Below, one piece after another: positions 57,301 to 64,000 of a stretch of DNA of 64,000 nt (position 1 is its first letter; each line of letters starts with the position of its first letter). A program made the translations under genes and the position numbers. The notes under the pieces were generated by a model that made no database searches, was not told the DNA's origin, and was given only the letters and a program-made list of their open reading frames with translations. The stretch comes from Hormiphora californensis (Eukaryota > Animalia > Ctenophora), in NCBI GenBank assembly GCA_020137815.1, contig CM035362.1, forward strand, positions 5,580,001 through 5,644,000, read 5' to 3'.

Positions 57301-60300
57301 GTTCTCTATGGTGATTTTCAATGGAAAGATTCTTTCCAAGAATACTGAATAGCAGCTGTCACGTGGTCTGATAATGGGGACACGTGATGCCCAACGCACC
57401 CCAACAACGCGTTAAATCCTCATTCCCTATAACACTACGAGGCAGGAGCTGAGCTCAAGCTCACCACTTCTCTCCGGCAGCAGAATCTTAACAACTGAAT
57501 TTATCAGTTGCAGTAGCGTTTTGAATTGAAATTGCAATGTCATCTCTGCAATTCTTTCGGATTTTTTCTCCAACAAGAATAACTGCATTATGTTTCATAA
57601 TGCTATGTTTTCCCGCCAACCTTTATTTTCATAGCCATCTATTTCTAATGTGAAGGCGGGACAAACATTTCCGATCATTTATGAATCACTCAAACCGTAT
57701 AGAACAAATCTTTGTGTTTTAGTAGCACTAATGATTGTGTTGTGCCACCATTGCGCGGCTCACATTTCCTGCAAAATCGTGCCATTGAAGTATTGATGAG
57801 GAAGCAAACGCACGGCCCTGGGGTTGTCCCTCGCAACCATGAGCGTGTTACGTTACAAAAAAAAAAGCGTGACACTTCACTAGTATGTAAAATTGTCGAA
57901 ACACATAAAGCCCCTATACCTTTTAGCAAAAGGCATCCGGGTGATATGCTTCGGGCATATCCAACTCAGGGCGTGCAGAAAACTCGAAAGAAAGACATAA
58001 GGTGAAGAGAAAGATACGTACAGAATAGATTACATTGTGCCGCATCGTTGAAGGTGCACGAGTGCATGGTGATCAGCGGGCACACGCTGTATCAGCAGTA
58101 TCAAAGTCACACACACTTGAAGAGAGGTCAATGCTTTCTTGATATTGGGGGCAAGGCATCATGAATATCCCGAACTTTTTGATCTGGCTTATTTGATCTG
58201 GCTCTTGATCTGGCTTTTTATCTCGGATTTTTTTATCTGGCCTTTTCTTTATATGGCACACTTTTTAGGGGAAGCGCTTTAGACACATGCACACGTGCAA
58301 AAAGTTAGGTACTGTCATTATTCATTTGCTTCCCCCCCCCTTTCAATCAAATCAAAAATTATGACTCTCAAGTTTGTTAGATCTCTTCAAGTATACTCCA
58401 TTTACCCCCGATCTCATCGTAAACAAAACCATGACAACAGGCATTACGCACTTGCAATTTCGCAAAACAGAGAAATAAATCATCCCCTGACACAGCTTCC
58501 TGATATTGTCATTTATCCGATAAAATTTTAGTTAGTCTACAGACGACAGACGCTAACGACTCAAAGTGGCACACTTCGTTCTCTTTCCACACAAGATTGT
58601 GCTAAATCAGACGAGAGAGCAACGCGCCTACACGCCATAGAGCTTTAGTGCACAGTCGCCGCGCACATTAGTATCACCAACCAACCAACCAACCAAACAA
58701 TCACCAAACCAACAGCAAAGGAGTGAAAAGTACTTAAATTTCGGGTGGCGCCAGACATTTGTGCACGTGCATGTTTGTAAGCGCTGCGCCTATACTATTT
58801 GCCCCCCCTTGTTGATCTGGTCAACGATTGTGAAAATAAGTACGGATTTTTCCCCTACCTGGATTTATTTTTTTACACAGATCGCTTCGGCTTTTTTTGA
58901 TTCTTGGTTTATTTTTTTGTCATTATTTCTTCTTATAATTCGCTTCGTCCTTTTTATCTAATATTTTGTCTCCTCTTGCTCTGGGTGAAACTGCGAAAAC
59001 GCGATTCCATCTCTCTGGACTCCTCACGATAGAGTCTTTTGTGCCCAAGCAAAAAGCATTAACGTCCAACATTTTTATTAAGCGACAGGCCGCCGTGCAT
59101 CAAATGCCAGCAGTGCCTGTACGCTCCCGGAGGACCCCCGCCCTTGTACGAATCGGATCCGGTTCCTGAACCACACCACCACACACCGACTTTTCTTGGT
59201 TGCACTGGAGAAGGCTAAACATTTTATTTTTCCATCGCTAACCGAGCACAGATCCCAAGGTTACGTATCTTATCCAGGATATATGTACACTGTAGATATG
59301 CACGTACAAATAGACTAATTGAATGCGCCGGCTGGCCTGTGTCGCTTGTACTCTAAACAAGAATTTATTTGTCCTTCAATGTATGTTTATAATTGCTCGG
59401 AGTTTCATGCCTACAGTTACACATGTCAGGCTGGTCATACTGTAATGAGATGCATCCGATCAGATGTTTCTTCGAGTATATCTTGGTCTCACATAGTTCG
59501 AGTTTGATGCTGCAATCATCCCAATGCACATGACACTTGCATTACTTGCCCTAACACCAGTGCTGTCTTGTGTCGGCAACAGAGAGTGATTACTCATTCT
59601 GACACAAAACTTAATAATTTAAGCACACGACCAACCATCTTTCACACTCGAAATTCGCAAGATGAAAATTCGTTGTTTATGTAACAGCGCGATCAATATT
59701 GCCGGGTAGCAATACACGGCTGCGGCAAGCCACAAGTGTTAATAAACACATAGGTAAATAAAGGCAATTCGCAAGGCAATTTTCATTCCCTCTGCTGGGT
59801 GCCTAGGCGCGGTTTTGGATGTGTTTGTGTTTTTGGAAAATCAATCTCTGGTACTATAGTCAGGTTTGTAAGAATTCGCAAAATTTGATCATTCGGTAGA
59901 GCCTCTATTATGAGGGACATCTTTTTTGGTCAAACTTTTGTTGCGATGGTGCTACGGTGGTTGTTTTTAGAATCCTAGAGCTGTCACACGATGTTACCGG
60001 TTGTTGTCTTCCTGCTTCCTTCCATTACAACCCACTGTTCATTGGCAGCGTGTTTTCAGATGTAATGGGAATTGTTTGTGGTCGACATCTAATGTTGGCG
60101 TGTCTTTGTTTGGGTTGGCGATACCAAAATTTTATGTGCTACTAAAACCACAGGATTTTGCTCTATACTGTTTGTGTTGATTTGTAGTGATATAACTATG
60201 GGGATTTTGTGTCCCGCTTGCTGTTGTACAGCGAATCTAGTCATGATTTCCCTTATTCATAGGATTCACACGGCAGGGAAACTCGGCGTTATTTAGATAC

Positions 60301-63300
60301 ATAATGCAATTTAATCTTTTTAGAAGTGAAAGTTTTGTGAATCCCCCTGAAGTAGTAGAGAGGTGTGTCTAGGCTCGTTGGAAAATGGTCTCGAGGTCCC
60401 GCGACGTTATAGGGGGTGGCGATGGCCATACCCAAAACCCATATAAGGGTAGGACGCCGAAAAACAGTTCCAAAATAAGGGCGTATGCAGATTCTCGGCA
60501 ATCGAAGGAGTAAGAAGGTGTTCTGTAGGGTGCGTTCGAAAGTCTCGTAGTACTGAAATAATTGGAATGTAATTGGAAGTAATACATGTAATTTAATTTA
60601 TGTAATTTCATGTAATTACAGGGGAATTACATGTAAATTTAAAAGGTCCCAAATGACCCAATGACAATTTAAACATATTTTGACATTTTGGAGGCCTGAG
60701 ACCAGCGGGTGGCCAAATTTAATCCGGTTTCGGGTCGGCTGACGTAAAAACTCCGCGTTTTGGTAAACCATATAGCCATATCGATGTCTTGGTTAATTTC
60801 AATTGATTAAAAAAAGCGGGGCTTTGTGGGACTCTATCCCACATGTGGGCAGTAGCGATCCTACGTGGGCCAATAAAAAGGGAGGGTCTTAAATCTTAGA
60901 TTTCTCCGGCACCTAATTCCCAATGGTTTGAAATTTGCCCAAAATGTTCATGAGCTTATCCCAGATATGTGTACAGAGTTTCAAGTCCAAAATGCAAAAA
61001 TTCTTTAAATGACCCTAAATTATGTTTTTAAGCCAATGTAGGTTTCTCTATTCGTTTTTTTTTCGTTTTTTAGGGACCTCTTTTGCACTCCACGCGGATA
61101 TGTGATACGGGGTAAAACCCAAAGGAAATTCGAGACAATTGCAATCTTGCTAACATGATTTGTAACAACCTGATTACGTCTTTTCTGTTTACTTTACGCT
61201 TGTTGTTACCAATCAGTTTTATGCATTGGTAAGCTTCCATTAGCATGTTTCGATTTGCTAATGTCTCAACTAAGGGTTTGTTAATAAAACTATCGGTTAA
61301 ATGTTAATTTATGCAGTTATTAACGAAAATTGAAAATTTTAAAAAAATAATTTTTTTTAATTAACATTTTTTCTACCAGAATGAATTAAATGATTAAGCA
61401 TAACCAAGCTGGGTTTTTTTTGATTTCATCTCTACAGTGCAAATTTCTCATTTTCGGCGAAAATAGGTTTTTGAAAAAATGATCATTTTAATCATTAATT
61501 TTCACCCACTAAACTTTATTCATTTTCAAGAAATTTCAGATGCCATTGAAAAATGTTAATACTATTGAGTGGGTGCAAATTTTTCGATCCAAAATCGACT
61601 TGGAACAAGGGAAAAAACCCCCAATTAATAATAATAATAATAATATTCCGCGCTTATATACCGCCCATTTCCCGACGGAAAACATGTCAACTATGGCGAT
61701 GTTCCCGACGAGTCATCAGAGCGGTTTTCTAGAGTAAAACATATCGCAACGAACTTTTGGTTGGCCCTTATGGCCCAAAATTTAAAATGCTTATAAAGGG
61801 GGGAATAACTGGCCCCCATAAACCCTGTAATAAAATTTTTAAACCGCTATACTCACACGCTAAAAAAAAGGTACCAGATCCCGTTTAATCTCCGGGGGTG
61901 ACCTGTTGCCCGCAGACCCCACAATACAAAAAACATAAAACTCAGCAGGGTTCCCCATCACCCACCCCAAAGCCCCAAAAAGAGATGTGTTTTAGGCAGT
62001 TTTTGGGTTCAATTTTTGGGGATGTTTTAATCGAGGGTAGCTCATTCCCAAAAAATGCAGGCAAAATACTGATGTCTCTACGTTAAATTTTTAAAATTTG
62101 GCTTTTGATATGGGCATTTGGGGTTTTTTTCTTTGGTCATCATTGTCTCCTTTTTGTCCCGGGACTCCCCGCTTTTCAAGATGAACAATTTTCCCGGGGG
62201 TAAATGGTGCGTTCCCTAGACTTTTATAAGCGATTAGACAGGCTTTGAAGTCCGTCTGTAGGAGAGGGAAAAATTTAACTGCCTGGTTTCCCGGGTTTAA
62301 TCCTTTTGCCCTGGGTGTTTTTATAAAGGTCACAGGAGTTAGGTTTTTTTGGGGCCCCCCCAAGAACCGGGCCGGAAGTCACAGTAAGAATATTACGTAA
62401 TCAAACCTCGATATAATAATGTTCCCCCCCAACATTTTTTCGGAATGAAAACTTGGTAAATGCCAAAGATGTGTATAGCCCCCAATGTTTTCCTCACATT
62501 TTTAACTGTCGTTTAAAATTAAGTTGGTCCAAGAGTATTCCAAGGTTTTCCCATTTCTCCACACTTTCCTGGGGGGAAAATTTGTTCCCCCAAAGTTTAT
62601 AATGGATGAAAGAGATTTTACTCAAAGAAATGGTTTCCCAAACGGTAAATTGTTTTTGGCCTCATTCACTTCAACCCTGCCCCCACCTCCACCTCTTCAC
62701 CTTCGCCAACATCCTAATATCCACCTTCGTCCTAGCCCGCCAGAGAAACCCTAGGAACCAACCACATAGAGTGGGGTGTCTGATAAATTTTTCCGGAGTC
62801 CATATGGTTAACAAAATCTTTTACAGCTTCATGTAAAATAGAAACAAAAATTGGGCCGAAAAGGACCCCCGGGGCCCCGAAAGGCCAGGGTATCGAGAGA
62901 CAACACCAAAAGAGACTTAAAAGATCTGGAACTCAGGGGGTCAAACCCATTAAAAATATAAAAAAAAGGAATTTTGGTTATTTAAAGAATTCGCAAATTT
63001 TTACAAAATTTTGCACATCTGCATAAAAACTCAAAAAACCCCCGGTCAAAATTCAGAACCCTTGAATTAAGCTGCCCGAGAATTAAGATTTAAGACCCTC
63101 CCCTTTTTTTTGGCCCCCGCTTTCTTTCCGTCCCCCAGCTTACCCCGCCCGGGGAAAAGCTAAACATTTAGTGCCCCAATGGTGTGTGTGTTTTTCGGGG
63201 ACTCTACCCCAAATTTGGGGGTCACTCCATCTTTTTTTTTTTTTTCCCTTTAGAAACGTTTTTTTATTAAAAATCTCAACTACCTCCTTTTCTAATCGCG

Positions 63301-63380
63301 TAGAGAAAAGCACAATCTCTCCTTCCCCCTTAAAAAAAAAGAAGGGGGGGGATAAAGGGGGAAGGGACACTGGAAGAGAA

Positions 63381-63480
63381 NNNNNNNNNNNNNNNNNNNN
63401 NNNNNNNNNNNNNNNNNNNNNNNNNNNNNNNNNNNNNNNNNNNNNNNNNNNNNNNNNNNNNNNNNNNNNNNNNNNNNNNN
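63381..63480. other. Assembly gap (100 N)
   Basis: Run of N. Confidence 1.
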
Positions 63481-64000
63481 TTTTTTTGTTTTGTTGTTAA
63501 CACCTCGGGGCATGGCTACAGCTAGAGCTGGCAGCTCTCTGGCTAAGACCGCAGCAGCTCAGGAGGGATCACTGGGGGAAACTATTCGGGGATGTGTGTT
63601 TCCAATCTGTTAAACTTTCAAGTCATCGTGTTCACTATAATAATAGATCAGTGTAAGTCAGGTAAGTGTAAATTTGATCCAATTTGATCAAATTATGTAT
63701 CGGCCTCAAACGATCACAACACAACTACTATTGTACCACGATCGTAACTATATTAGAGCATGAAACAAACGATTGAAACTGGAAATATACAATGGATATT
63801 AAAGTCAAAATTCAGCAACTGCACTATTATAGGAATGTATACAACCTAAAAGCCAAGGGTACAATGTCCTCTATCAAATTCAGCGACTGCACTATAGGAA
63901 TGTATACAACCTAAAAGCACCTACATACAGCAGCCAAGGGTTTGTAGGTCGCCCTCGCCCTGGAATGCATTGTCCCTAATTTTAGCTACGAAAGGAAAGC
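63481..64000 (+). repeat. Second (likely allelic or redundant) copy of 45630-46190, the start region of the giant gene
   Basis: CCTCGGGGCATGG...GGAATGTATACAACCTAAAAGC...TAGGTCGCCCTCG...GAAAGGAAAGC is colinear with 45640-46191. Confidence 0.85.

Noticed and set aside
60760-63380. Possible transposase remnant
   Set aside because: Too error-rich to recover any diagnostic motif.

Overview
This is eukaryotic, intron-rich animal DNA. I infer a ctenophore (Pleurobrachia-like) from the ubiquitous ~110-bp 'QPIRTRYLGHVTG' repeat and the CAGTCGGACCCCGATTTACCGG repeat, recognised from memory and not from a search. Three gene units were assembled by hand from splice signals and phase continuity. (1) An 8-exon class-A-like GPCR (+, 14484-18093), preceded by two tandem duplicates truncated after TM3. 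(2) A ~27-kb, ~26-exon minus-strand gene (45651-18765) encoding a roughly 3,500-aa protein with a huge disordered N-terminus, a ~40-Asp tract, a Gly/Ala linker and a C-terminal array of ~20 CxxC pairs. (3) An antisense nested secreted-protein gene inside one intron of gene 2 (29878-31305). Non-coding DNA is packed with non-autonomous DNA transposons (piggyBac-, hAT-, Tc1/pogo-, MULE-, Kolobok- and Helentron-like), several with empty sites visible in the window, including a 4.4-kb nested palindrome. Recurrent oddities are locally duplicated splice junctions, two GC-AG introns, and RFX X-box-like and E-box motifs amplified in both introns and exons. Regions 5.5-10.3 kb and ~51-64 kb look like error-rich redundant long-read sequence. 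Most short ORFs in the supplied track are spurious.
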